Assembly: GCA_020697715.1 (NCBI GenBank)
Contig: JAEHCO010000002.1
Coordinates: forward strand, 192,001 to 256,000
Length of the DNA stretch: 64,000 bases
From: Methanobacteriota archaeon
GTDB lineage: Archaea; Thermoplasmatota; Thermoplasmata; SG8-5; JAGLSY01
Direction: 5' to 3'
Each line of letters opens with the position of its first letter. Positions within the stretch are counted from its first letter, which is position 1. The notes below the pieces were generated by a model, which had not been told where the DNA came from, ran no database searches, and saw only the letters and a program-made list of their open reading frames with translations. Below are positions 11,601 to 19,948 of this stretch, in pieces. The position numbers and the translations under genes are program-made.

Positions 11601-13463
11601 CAAAGTTGTGGCTGATGTTACATCTACAAGGGCATAACAATCATTCACAGCCCCTGCACTGTTGTATCCAACAAGGCCACCTATATTGTCATGGGTTCCA
11701 GTTATGGTTCCCGTGGCATAGGATGTGATCACGCTGCCCTGCCAGTTATAGCCAGCCACTCCGCCCATAGCACTTCTTCCGACCAGGTCTCCATCAAAGT
11801 AAGAGTTCTCGATCAAGCCGCCCTGATTGTATCCAACAAGGCCGCCGGAGTTTATATTACCTTCAACATCCACTGTAGAGAAACAGTTCGATATCGTACC
11901 CTGTATATTGTGTCCAACAAGGCCACCTATCATCTGTGTAACTCCTGATACTTTGCCTGATGCATAGCAATTGGAGATGGTTCCTTGGATCGCAGAGCCA
12001 ACTAAACCACCAACATAATCATTACCAGTTATGTTCAAGTTCACCAGACCGACATTTGAAATCGAACTTCCGGTATCCATTACTCCAAACAAACCCAGAT
12101 TATTAACTCCTGTATTGTATATGTAGAGATCAGATATTGTGTGATTATTGCCATTAAGGGTGCCAGTAAATTCAGCAGTGGCCGATCCAATATGATAAAA
12201 ACCATTTCCTGGCATTGTTGTTGTGGACCACATGCTGGAGGGTTCTGTCGAGTCAACCTTGAAATCCTGCATTATCTGATAATCTGCCGATAAGGTGCCA
12301 GCGTCCATCATTATCAACTGAAGCTGGTGGGAATTGCGAATATTTGTGTTGTATTCTGACTGAAGGAAAGGTCTGGTACGGAAATTGCCCATCCACCAGG
12401 TGGAACCAAAATCCCAGCCAGCATAGTTAGCCTGGGATAATGCTTGGGCGGTTGTAAGGCCAGTTCCCGCTGCACTGGCTCCCAATCCTGAGGTGTCAGA
12501 GTCCCAGAAGCAGTTGGTCACTGTACCGCTTGGTAAGTTACCGATAAATCCACCACTAGTACCTCCGGTCGCAGTGCCAGTACTGTAGCAGTTCTCGATG
12601 GTCGTGCTGCCTGTTTCCTGCATACTTCCCACAAATCCACCAACGAAATTGACACCGGTCTCAGCATCTCCCAGCGCATATGAATCATATATATCGCCAT
12701 AGTTCAAGCCAGCGAACCCACCAACATAGGATGAGGTGCTGTATACACTTCCTGTGGCATAGCATCGGCGGATTTCACCAGTAACCTGATTAAAGCCAAC
12801 AAGACCACCGTTTGCCTGGTCGCTCCCAATGACATCCGCCTGGCTGTAGGAATCAAAAATCTGGTTATGATTGTTGCCAACAAGGCCACCAACATAACCC
12901 CCCGTGCCTTCAACATTTCCTTGAGAGGATGATGACGTTATTGGACCAGCGGATGATTGGCCTATTAGGCCCCCTACATTTTGGACTCCGGAAACCTCTC
13001 CAGAGACCATGCAGTTATTGATAGCCCCATCATTCTTTATACCTACAAGACCCCCTACCCAGTCTTCTCCGGTTATGTCAACATCTATAAGATTGAGGTT
13101 GGAAACAATGGATCCTGTTGTCATGATAGATATCAATCCAACAAAATCCTCTGTTGGCCTATTCATGTAAAGTCCGGATATTGTGTACCCTTGACCATCA
13201 AAGGTACCGCTAAATCCTCCGATGGTATCAAAGCCCAGACCTCCATTCCAGTTCACGGTATCACTGGCATCGATGTCATTCATCAGAATATGATCTTGGT
13301 CTCTGTGGGCATTGATATCCTGCAGATCTGCAAGTGTGAATATCTGGTAGAGGGCTCGTACCTCATCCCCATCATCCTTTGCCTCAACATCGTTCCCGAT
13401 CAAGATGATAAAACTACTGGCTATTAGCATGGCGCATATCAATATAGTGGATATTTTCCTCAT
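5649..13463 (-). CDS. giant GLUG-repeat surface protein/adhesin with DUF11-like, cadherin/Ig-like and thrombospondin type-3-like Ca-binding repeats and C-terminal TM
   Basis: Dozens of G...VGGLVG.N..G.I.N.Y repeats. ADL...NDGPD.A module, PVAVDD...NDTDPDGD and WLSID..TG.L.G.P modules, and DTDGDG.GDN.DAFP repeats. TM near the C-terminus. Confidence 0.85.
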   Translation of the reverse strand: MRKISTILICAMLIASSFIILIGNDVEAKDDGDEVRALYQIFTLADLQDINAHRDQDHILMNDIDASDTVNWNGGLGFDTIGGFSGTFDGQGYTISGLYMNRPTEDFVGLISIMTTGSIVSNLNLIDVDITGEDWVGGLVGIKNDGAINNCMVSGEVSGVQNVGGLIGQSSAGPITSSSSQGNVEGTGGYVGGLVGNNHNQIFDSYSQADVIGSDQANGGLVGFNQVTGEIRRCYATGSVYSTSSYVGGFAGLNYGDIYDSYALGDAETGVNFVGGFVGSMQETGSTTIENCYSTGTATGGTSGGFIGNLPSGTVTNCFWDSDTSGLGASAAGTGLTTAQALSQANYAGWDFGSTWWMGNFRTRPFLQSEYNTNIRNSHQLQLIMMDAGTLSADYQIMQDFKVDSTEPSSMWSTTTMPGNGFYHIGSATAEFTGTLNGNNHTISDLYIYNTGVNNLGLFGVMDTGSSISNVGLVNLNITGNDYVGGLVGSAIQGTISNCYASGKVSGVTQMIGGLVGHNIQGTISNCFSTVDVEGNINSGGLVGYNQGGLIENSYFDGDLVGRSAMGGVAGYNWQGSVITSYATGTITGTHDNIGGLVGYNSAGAVNDCYALVDVTSATTLDGQFIGGLVGYNTAWINSSYATGSVIGGANLGGFLGSNAGTVMDSFWDTASSAMATGIESGNTSGATGLTTAQAMTETTYTGSGWDFTNDWWMIEGETRPFLRMEYNTRITNSHELQLMAMDTTADYELGNDVQMDILDAAQMWGTNASNGGKGFLPIAPDTDSGTVDFQGTSFDSTFQGQGYSITGLYINRPAEDYQGLFGAIGVLGDVTDVSVSGDVTGRDSVGMLAGAKWNFGNVEFCSSHGVVSGVTDTGGLIGSLSGPIADCWSSCDVTGSGINTGGLTGNSDNTITRCNATGDVTGAGSRTGGLIGYSKASVTNSFTSSTVSGSSFVGGLVGQMLAGGQLSNCDAYGDITGLAGNVGGVVGATNGDVIICNNWGYVNNTLFSTYRVGGIVGISDGGTIFNCVNNGMIDSNGGMTGGIVGEMLGGSVSYSYNYNDIYSVDDIVGGIVGQADGASVTHSGNTGDVTGRDHTGGVIGRMLSSGTIHNSTSTGDIAMTLGGTLSGGFAGLSQANCIIRDSWSSGTVDGGSQPGMAGFIAENSGTITNCSAFGTVTGGNENGGFVCYNSGLIYDCQAYGNVSGYGTIGGFTSHNFGTIENSTAFGNASGTMNEIGGFAGDNNNLIYDCEAFGTVTGVAMAVGGIVGQNDGNITMCTNYGNISAATLNTWGHAGIAGLNNNIVYDCENYGDINGWNSVGGIAGENYGDVVNGINHGSINALDDCIGGIVGYNDDSSIMANVTNSISYGDVSGILYVGGAVGYTEGGYIESCTAYGTVNGTRAIGGSVGENHGTVIDSLAEGNVTGSDNDVGGLIGRNDGSVTNSSAYGNVNNTDVNTGGLIGYQPPTGSAIDCYAYGDVSSSVDYIGGLIGTNDGTVENCHADGDVTGYDVDCDYVGGSVGENWGDVSNSTANGDVYGDGFIGGFVGYHQTGTITNCHSSGDTTGIDINVGGFAGRNMDAINDCSAIGNVSAMNLYVGGFTGNNGGDITNCTSFGNTSGEGYVGGFVGWVIGGTITQCYSDSYSTGNTPSDDIIGGFVGRMFAGTISISYSTGIASGDRYVGGFAGYHQAGTIMDCYGTGDSLGTDFVGGFAGYNQGGTITNCYSVGSVSGAGVDVGGFIGDNGTGTNNDCFWDIETSGQVSSNGGTGNDTLEMMSQATFTNWNFTTVWGIYEKNTYPFLQAFGTTPPTPIADLDLTVDAVPSHINVGETVIFYVNITNDGPDNAVNVNVTVTGSGNDVIYQGNNQSADTILWQGGLSWLIGYLASGETAWMQVSLVANESGAFYLDGTSVSDIFDPNMGNNNVSSNVTMNTSPVAVDDTYTAIEDSGANTINVLTNDTDPDGDYLTIISVTQGVNGAVAIIDAGKNVTYEPSANWFGSDFFTYTISDGNGGTHAAIVNVTVTNVNDMPVITTADVIVTLEDVLYSVDYNATDIEGDVLNWSLNTNAGWLSIDNNTGNLSGTPTNADVGTQWVNVTVDDGNGGIGWSNFTITVTNVNDVPVAVDDVYSIDEDTPLNGNVLGNDNDPDTTDVFQVIDNDPLTANGLSITVNPDGIFTYLTIAEPSYQTLAVGESTTDTFNYTIHDGNGGFDNATVTITITGVNDMPAITAGFTESTFNTGSDFTENFTVTDGDTSDTLTWSITGPAWLSIDPATGELTGSPENADAGYYNVSVSVSDGNGGIAYSNATLLILLDTDGDGVADGSDGDDDNDGVEDVDDDFPTDPSEDTDTDGDGTGDNADTDDDGDGVDDVDDDFPLDDAETVDTDGDGTGNNADNDDDGDGVDDADDQDPLDPAIGEIVTETDTDDDGVPDDDDAFPNDATETVDTDSDGVGDNSDAFPSDATETTDTDGDGTGDNADAFPTDPSASIDADDDGAPDEWNPGYTAEDSTTGLVIDDIVEDDDDTDDTGDEPANNWLYIILILAVVGVIALLLIMKGKGNKDEPVAEETAEEPMDEAVDEPETEEPVEEVSEEPEQVESEDEIE

Positions 13464-13549
13464 ATAAATTCCCCAATTTATCCTATGGGGAAGTATATCC
13501 TATTAATGGCATTAATAAATTTGTATAGGGTGGTTAATTCTGACTTATT

Positions 13550-14278
13550 TTATTTGAATCTTATGGTTTCAACATTGAATTCCTTATCTTTGCCAAGAAT
13601 TGTCGGAATGAGCTTGCCCGCATCCTTGATCGCCATTTTCTTGTACTTGCCAGCCAGTGTCTTCATATGAGCTTCCATTCCATCACCGATGACAGCGGCC
13701 GTGAATTCGGCCGCTGTCCCACTCGGATCAATGACAAATAGCCTCGGATGATCGAAGTTAGTGGCAACTAGAAGCCCCACACCCAGTGGTCTTACATCCT
13801 TTTTTATCGTGTGCGACCAATATATTTCCTTTATTGTGTAAAGCATGTCATCCACATTCTTGAAATCCTTGTTCCGAAGCTGATTCAATATCATGGATCC
13901 GTCCATTGCCAGTCCTGCAGTTCCTATCAGGATCTTATTGGATATTCTGTGGATCTTTATCGGGGACATCATTAGCGAATTGCCAGCCTTGGCAGATATG
14001 TCCTCAGATGCCATTAAGATACCATCTGTGCATATTATTCCCATGACACTGGCTCCACGCTTCACACTTTCGCGGGCATATTCGATCTGATGGATGCGAC
14101 CTTCGGGTGAGAAGAAATTGTCGGTGTCATAGCCCTTGGATATCGGGCCTATGGTGTTCAGGAATTGAACTATCGCCGCTCTGGCCAACTCTGCCTTATT
14201 TCCGAACATCCCACTCTTTATCACCATGTCCAGATAGTTATCTACCTCATCTGGAATTACGACCCTTAATTCTGACAT
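13550..14278 (-). CDS. ribbon-helix-helix domain fused to a divergent proteasome alpha-type subunit
   Basis: MSELRVVIPDEV...SGMFGNKAELARAAI (CopG/RHH-like) is followed by GYD...FSPEGRIHQIEYA, RPLGV and DPSG. Start placed at 14278 because GGAGG lies just upstream. Confidence 0.8.
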   Translation of the reverse strand: MSELRVVIPDEVDNYLDMVIKSGMFGNKAELARAAIVQFLNTIGPISKGYDTDNFFSPEGRIHQIEYARESVKRGASVMGIICTDGILMASEDISAKAGNSLMMSPIKIHRISNKILIGTAGLAMDGSMILNQLRNKDFKNVDDMLYTIKEIYWSHTIKKDVRPLGVGLLVATNFDHPRLFVIDPSGTAAEFTAAVIGDGMEAHMKTLAGKYKKMAIKDAGKLIPTILGKDKEFNVETIRFK

Positions 14279-14307
14279 TTTGATTTCCTCCATTACATTT
14301 CGGGAAT

Positions 14308-14338
14308 TTGAATGTTCGAACTGATTTCAAACATTCAA
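14308..14338. promoter_or_regulatory. inverted repeat upstream of RHH-proteasome gene (candidate operator or leader hairpin)
   Basis: TTGAATGTTCGAA-CTGAT-TTCAAACATTCAA, arms match at 12 of 13 positions. Confidence 0.55.
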
Positions 14339-14498
14339 CATCTGCTTTGTTGATTTGCATGAATTATCCGCCAAAACGGACTTTTCAAGTATAATAGGTG
14401 TATGTTCAACGTATTATTTAAGAATTATGCTAAATAATTGTATATTTGGGATTATCAAATAGCTGAATATTGAGGCTCTGTTTGACCAATAAGGATAC

Positions 14499-15818
14499 TC
14501 AGTTCTTTCCAAGCATCTTCTGTATGTTCTTGATGCGTGCATCTTCCTTCTTGACCACATACCAATCCAGAGCATCTATCAGGACATCCTCCGCTTTGGC
14601 CATATCACCCTTCTTGTGATACATCTTCCCCATCTCCTCGCGAGTTATGGCCAAGTAGTCCGGTGAGTTCTCATTGATAACAAAATCTATGCTCTTCTGG
14701 AAATGCATCTCGCTCTCTTGATAGTTCTCGACAGCGGAATAATGCTTACCATACATGCAATGGAGCTTTGAGTGAGCGATAGGATCATTGAAGTTTGCCA
14801 GTATCTTGGACGCTCTGTCCAGATGAGGCAGAGCATCTTCCGCCCTTCTATTCTCGATAAGGGCGCTTGCCAGGTTTGTCATTGTCCAGCCTTCCATTCT
14901 GAGGGATCCGCCTTCTCTGCAATATTTTATGCCTTTCTCGTATCCGTCTATGGCCTTGCTGAAATTCCCCATTTCCTCGTATACTCTGGCCATATTGTTA
15001 TATGTGAGCCCAATGCCAGAATGATCTTCCAATGAAGTGTAAAGTTCGATAGCTTTTTTATTGTGATATATGGACATCTCCATATTCAGGAGATCGAGGC
15101 AAGTATTGCCCAGGCCAGTATGTATCCTGGCCATCGCGCGGTCCTTCTTCTTTTTATCATTCTTTGATGCTGTCGATATTGAAGTAATGACCTTGATAGC
15201 CTCCATATAATGATCCAGAGATGTGCTGTGTTCCCCTTCGCGCCATGATATGATGCCCAGACCATTCCATGCCAGAGCTTTGTCGTAAAGACCATTACTA
15301 CCCAGCTTCATATCGATGACATCATTGTATAGGCTTCGAGCTTCTTCTCTCCCTTCCTTATTGTTTGTAAGGGCTCTTGCCAGCTTCCTTGTTATCATGG
15401 CTTTCAATATCTTATCATCAATATGATTTTTATCATATATTACAAGAGCTTCTCTATAAGCTTCAATGGACTCATCTATCTTTCCAATTTGGATCTTGGC
15501 GGCTCCGATAGTTATCTGAGCCTTGATAGAATCTCTCGGGTCATCTTGTTGTTTCTCAACAGCATTATTGACCATGTCCAGGGCATTTTTATATTGGAGG
15601 ATACCCTTTTTGATGTCATCTGCTTTTTTATCTCCGGTGAAGCTCTTTATAGCCCAATGGATCTGATTTGAAAGCTGCGGCAAGCAATCTGTGTTGATCA
15701 TATCCGGGTCAATGTTCAAATGCTGGCACTGCTTCTGTAAAATGAATTTACCTGTAAATCCTACTTCCCTCTCAAGCAGAGTTTCTAGCTCATCCCTCAA
15801 TTCTAGATTATTGATCAC
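14499..15818 (-). CDS. tetratricopeptide-repeat protein with small N-terminal helical domain
   Basis: Repeated A..YNNMARVY...G....AI..Y-type TPR units. Paralog of the adjacent gene. Confidence 0.8.
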   Translation of the reverse strand: MINNLELRDELETLLEREVGFTGKFILQKQCQHLNIDPDMINTDCLPQLSNQIHWAIKSFTGDKKADDIKKGILQYKNALDMVNNAVEKQQDDPRDSIKAQITIGAAKIQIGKIDESIEAYREALVIYDKNHIDDKILKAMITRKLARALTNNKEGREEARSLYNDVIDMKLGSNGLYDKALAWNGLGIISWREGEHSTSLDHYMEAIKVITSISTASKNDKKKKDRAMARIHTGLGNTCLDLLNMEMSIYHNKKAIELYTSLEDHSGIGLTYNNMARVYEEMGNFSKAIDGYEKGIKYCREGGSLRMEGWTMTNLASALIENRRAEDALPHLDRASKILANFNDPIAHSKLHCMYGKHYSAVENYQESEMHFQKSIDFVINENSPDYLAITREEMGKMYHKKGDMAKAEDVLIDALDWYVVKKEDARIKNIQKMLGKN

Positions 15819-15988
15819 ATCATCCCCGTGGATTATTGTATGTTTAGCCCGAAGAGGATGTTATATAAAATAATGATGATGGCAAATATTAAAATGTTAA
15901 TTGAGAAAGAGATAATTGATGACTATGAGCATTAATGGGATGTCAGCCTATGGAGACGATCTATATTGATCGGATATGGTTATATTCT

Positions 15989-17335
15989 TCATGGTTTCAG
16001 GATCGAAATGCCCAATGGGACATATTGGCTATTATGTATCAGCAGGCCTATCTTCTTTATATTATCTTTATCATCATTCTTCTCATACCATGTCAATGCA
16101 GAATTCAATAGTGGCGTGGCCTTCTCAGATTCCCCGATAATATGATAAAGCGTACCCAGCCCCTCCTGGACCCTTGCCAGACATTCGGGTGAATCCACAT
16201 TGATCATACTCTCCAAACTGGCCTTGAAATGTGTCTCACTGTTCTCCCATTCTCTTAGCTTCTGGTAATATTCACCGTACATGTAATGAAGCCTGGATTG
16301 CGCCTCACAATCATTGAATTTAGAAAGGATCCTTGATGCTCTTGATAGATATTCTTCTGCTTGATCGAACTTGCCTTCATTGATCAGTAGGCTAGCAAGA
16401 TTGATGAGTGTCCAGCCTTCTGTAAGTAATGAACCGCCTTCTTTCGTATTCGAAAGCACTTGCTTATACCCCTCGACCGCCTTCTCATAATCTCTCTTCT
16501 GTTCATATATCTGTGCCATTTTGTCATATAGTTCTCCGACCCTGACATAATTCTCCAATTGAAGATTGAGGTCTATTGCAGATTCGGTCAGGTCTATGGC
16601 AATGTCTACTTCGTTCATGCTCTTGTAAATATCAGCGAGACCTGAGTTTATTATACACTTCACCTTCATTTTTTTGATTCTGTCCAGTTTTGTCTGCTCC
16701 TTCATATTCTCAATTGTGCTTAATGCCTTTTCATAATATTCCAGAGAAAGATGTTCATCGCTGTCTTTGAATGCGATCCACCCAAGACCGCAGTAGGACA
16801 GAGCGGTATCGTAATAATTTCTATGTCTTTTGCCTATCGTGATGACCCCATAATACTCTTTGATCGCCATTTCATGACCCTCGGTCTTTGTGCCGAGCAC
16901 TCTGGCCAATTTTCTTTTTATTTTCATTTTCATCCTTCTGTTTCCAGAATATTGACTGTCCTGAAATAGATCATAAGCATCCCTGTATGCATCCTCGGAA
17001 GCATCATACCTCCGTAGTACCAATCGTTTATCTCCTACTGTGAGAAAGGCATTGATGCAGTCCATGGTCTCACTTGTTTCATCATCCAGGGTTTCCAAGG
17101 CTTTGGAATATTCCAATAAGTTCCTGAATACCAATTTTGATTTTCGATCACCTATGAAGCCACTTATCGCAGTCTTGAGATTCCTGGATAGTTCTCGAAG
17201 GTCTTTTATTTCGATATCTTCCTCAGCACCAATGCCTAAGATATCGCACTGCTTCTGCAATATGAACTTGCCACAGAAACCTATTTCCATCTCGAGCATG
17301 GTGATTAATTCATCCTTAAGATGTGATACATTCAA
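15989..17335 (-). CDS. tetratricopeptide-repeat protein, tandem paralog
   Basis: Shares E.GF.GKFILQKQC, RKLAR.L and EGGSL..EGWT..NLAS.LI with 14499-15818. Confidence 0.8.
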   Translation of the reverse strand: MNVSHLKDELITMLEMEIGFCGKFILQKQCDILGIGAEEDIEIKDLRELSRNLKTAISGFIGDRKSKLVFRNLLEYSKALETLDDETSETMDCINAFLTVGDKRLVLRRYDASEDAYRDAYDLFQDSQYSGNRRMKMKIKRKLARVLGTKTEGHEMAIKEYYGVITIGKRHRNYYDTALSYCGLGWIAFKDSDEHLSLEYYEKALSTIENMKEQTKLDRIKKMKVKCIINSGLADIYKSMNEVDIAIDLTESAIDLNLQLENYVRVGELYDKMAQIYEQKRDYEKAVEGYKQVLSNTKEGGSLLTEGWTLINLASLLINEGKFDQAEEYLSRASRILSKFNDCEAQSRLHYMYGEYYQKLREWENSETHFKASLESMINVDSPECLARVQEGLGTLYHIIGESEKATPLLNSALTWYEKNDDKDNIKKIGLLIHNSQYVPLGISILKP

Positions 17336-17469
17336 ACCTTATTTCCCCCTATAATTAACACAGTTGAAATTAAGATATAAATAGCTTATTATGCCATTTG
17401 CTATTATGTGAATTTAATAACTATGTTTTGAACAATAAATCATATGATTTTGTTTTGCTATCATCGAGT

Positions 17470-19233
17470 TCAATAATCATCACCGATGGCCTCGGGATCG
17501 ACTATCTCAACATCCTTTCTGATGGCTTCATCTTCGAATCCAAGGTCCTGAAGTACATGCCATGCCAGTCTCCTGCCAGCGACATCTTCGGATATGATTA
17601 TATCATTTGCAAATTCACTCAAGGCATCCCTGTCCCTGTCATTGTATGCCCTTGCAACGATATACGCATTCTTATTGTGTTTATGGACCAGCTGTATCGC
17701 GGTCTCCGCATCCATCATATCGGATAGTGCCACAATTACAAGGTCAACTTGCATGACCCCGGCAAGCAATAACACTTCTTCATTGGATGCATCACCAATT
17801 ATGTGTTCGATATTTTGCTCTGCCATAATGTGGGCTTTCCTTGGGCTGAAATCCACTACGAGGAAGTTCTTATTTGCCATCTGTAGACATCTCACTGTGT
17901 CCAGTGCGACCTCTGCGAAACCAAGTATTAGGATATCTGGTTCTCTGTGAATGTGCTTGGGTAGACCGGGGTCATCATCCACAAATGTGGCATCTTCCTT
18001 ATGCCGGGGTAGGAAAAATCGATTGTATATCTTTGGAGAGAGTGACATCGCATAGGGTGTGAAGACCATGCTTATCAGGGCGGTCATCAAGATAACTGAA
18101 TAGTATTCATCACGCAGTATGCCAGCTGTGAATCCCAGGGTTGCTATGATAAAAGAGAATTCGCCTATCTGCATCATGCTCATGCCCACGTTCAGGGAGG
18201 TCTTTGGATGGTATCCCAAGATCCTGGTGGTCATTGTATTGGCAAATCCTTTGCCAATAAAAAGCACTGACAAGACCATGACTATGGATGATATCAATGG
18301 TACGGGGTCTGTCAATAATAGGGACAGATCTATCGCCATACCTGCGGAAACAAAGAAGATTATCAGAAAAATATCCTTTAATGGTCTGATCTGATTCACT
18401 ATGTCAAGATTATGCTCTGATTCTGAAAGTATCATGCCTGCGAGGAAGGCTCCAAGAGCAAGAGAAAGCCCGAAGAACTCGGATATTACTGCGGTGATTA
18501 TACAGAAGCCAAATATTGTCAAAAGAAATAGCTCCTTTGACCTGGTTTTGCTTACCAGATCTATCAGCCGCGGGAAGGTCTTTCTCCCAACTATGAGCAT
18601 GGCAGTAAGGAATATCACACCAATGGCAACAGGTATCAAAGCTTCAAAGCCAAATGTGTCCTCGACCAATATCGAAGTTACAAGTGTGATGACGATTATT
18701 GCTCCGATATCCTCTACCACGAGACGACCGACCAATAGTCTCCCGTGTTCGGTCTCCGTTTGTCCTCTCTCGGCTAGCATCTTTATGATGATTATCGTAC
18801 TGCTGATCATCAATACAGCTCCCAGAAGGATCGCCTCCATGGATGACCATCCCATCAAAAGACCTGCTATGATCCCGAGCACCAGCATGAATACCATTTC
18901 TACAGTTCCACTTATCGCGGATACGCCTATGATCTTTCCAACTCTTTTAGATGAGAATTCCAGTCCCACAGCAAAGAGAAGTAATGATACGCCTAGGTTG
19001 GCAAGAGCCCCTATCTCTCCGATATCGGTTATGAGACCAAATCGAGATCCTTCAATATCTCCGGTCATTATAGCACGCATCAGACCAACACCTGGGCCGA
19101 TAGCGATACCTGCAAAAAGATATCCCAATATAGGTGGCTGGCCAAGTAGCTTATGAGCTATGAATCCAAATACAAGTGCTGCGAACATTATGATTGCAAT
19201 GTCCTTTAACAAGGTGAGTGCTTCTAGTTCCAT
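17470..19233 (-). CDS. CPA2/Kef-type cation:proton antiporter with C-terminal TrkA-N (KTN) domain
   Basis: LLFAVGLEFS, SSTII, LVVEDI, LGAFLAG, FFVSAG and QIGEFSFI motifs, then a soluble IGDAS...L..AG domain. Confidence 0.9.
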   Translation of the reverse strand: MELEALTLLKDIAIIMFAALVFGFIAHKLLGQPPILGYLFAGIAIGPGVGLMRAIMTGDIEGSRFGLITDIGEIGALANLGVSLLLFAVGLEFSSKRVGKIIGVSAISGTVEMVFMLVLGIIAGLLMGWSSMEAILLGAVLMISSTIIIIKMLAERGQTETEHGRLLVGRLVVEDIGAIIVITLVTSILVEDTFGFEALIPVAIGVIFLTAMLIVGRKTFPRLIDLVSKTRSKELFLLTIFGFCIITAVISEFFGLSLALGAFLAGMILSESEHNLDIVNQIRPLKDIFLIIFFVSAGMAIDLSLLLTDPVPLISSIVMVLSVLFIGKGFANTMTTRILGYHPKTSLNVGMSMMQIGEFSFIIATLGFTAGILRDEYYSVILMTALISMVFTPYAMSLSPKIYNRFFLPRHKEDATFVDDDPGLPKHIHREPDILILGFAEVALDTVRCLQMANKNFLVVDFSPRKAHIMAEQNIEHIIGDASNEEVLLLAGVMQVDLVIVALSDMMDAETAIQLVHKHNKNAYIVARAYNDRDRDALSEFANDIIISEDVAGRRLAWHVLQDLGFEDEAIRKDVEIVDPEAIGDDY

Positions 19234-19414
19234 CCCGATGCCCTACCTAGGGTTGTGATCGTGAGATCATCATGGTAGGGTAATGATTCTGAATATTTAA
19301 TATATACTATGAGAAATTTAATTGTGGCACATCGTCACTATTGATGAAATATCCATAATTAGACCTGCAATATCAACCAATAATTTTATATTCACATAGT
19401 TCCAATGTCCTATT

Positions 19415-19930
19415 ATGAAAAATATTACTGAATTGATCCGCAATGTACCAGATTTTCCGATACCAGGCATAATGTTCAAGGACATTACACCGGTACTCAA
19501 TGACCCAGTTGCCTTTGATGCTATTATCAATGAATTGGCTGATAGGAACAAGGACAAGGGAATAGAAGGCATTGTCGGGATAGAGAGCAGAGGATTTATT
19601 CTGGGGGCTCCATTGGCACTGAAGATGGGAATTCCTTTCATACTTATCAGAAAGGAAGGAAAACTTCCATATCACAAGGAGAAAGCCAGTTATGATCTTG
19701 AATATGGCCAGGCCACTATCGAGATCCACAAGGATTCTATCAAACCCGGACAGAAAATTATGATCGTGGATGATCTTCTGGCCACAGGAGGAACTGCGGT
19801 CGCTTCCATAGACCTGGTGGAAAGAGTTGGCGGGGACGTTGTGAATTGCTCATTCGCGATCGAACTGTCCGCCCTGGGCGGAAGGGCCAAGCTGCCTGAT
19901 GGAAAAACAGACAGCCTTATCAAATATTGA
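19415..19930 (+). CDS. apt: adenine phosphoribosyltransferase
   Basis: PDFPIPGIMFKDITP, ESRGF, RKEGKLP, LEYG and VDDLLATGGT. Confidence 0.95.
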   Translation: MKNITELIRNVPDFPIPGIMFKDITPVLNDPVAFDAIINELADRNKDKGIEGIVGIESRGFILGAPLALKMGIPFILIRKEGKLPYHKEKASYDLEYGQATIEIHKDSIKPGQKIMIVDDLLATGGTAVASIDLVERVGGDVVNCSFAIELSALGGRAKLPDGKTDSLIKY

Positions 19931-19948
19931 TCCCCTGGGAGAAGATAT

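Noticed and set aside
13550-14278. Canonical psmA
   Set aside because: The N-terminal RHH fusion, internal shortening and truncated C-terminus make it a divergent paralog, so no gene symbol is assigned.
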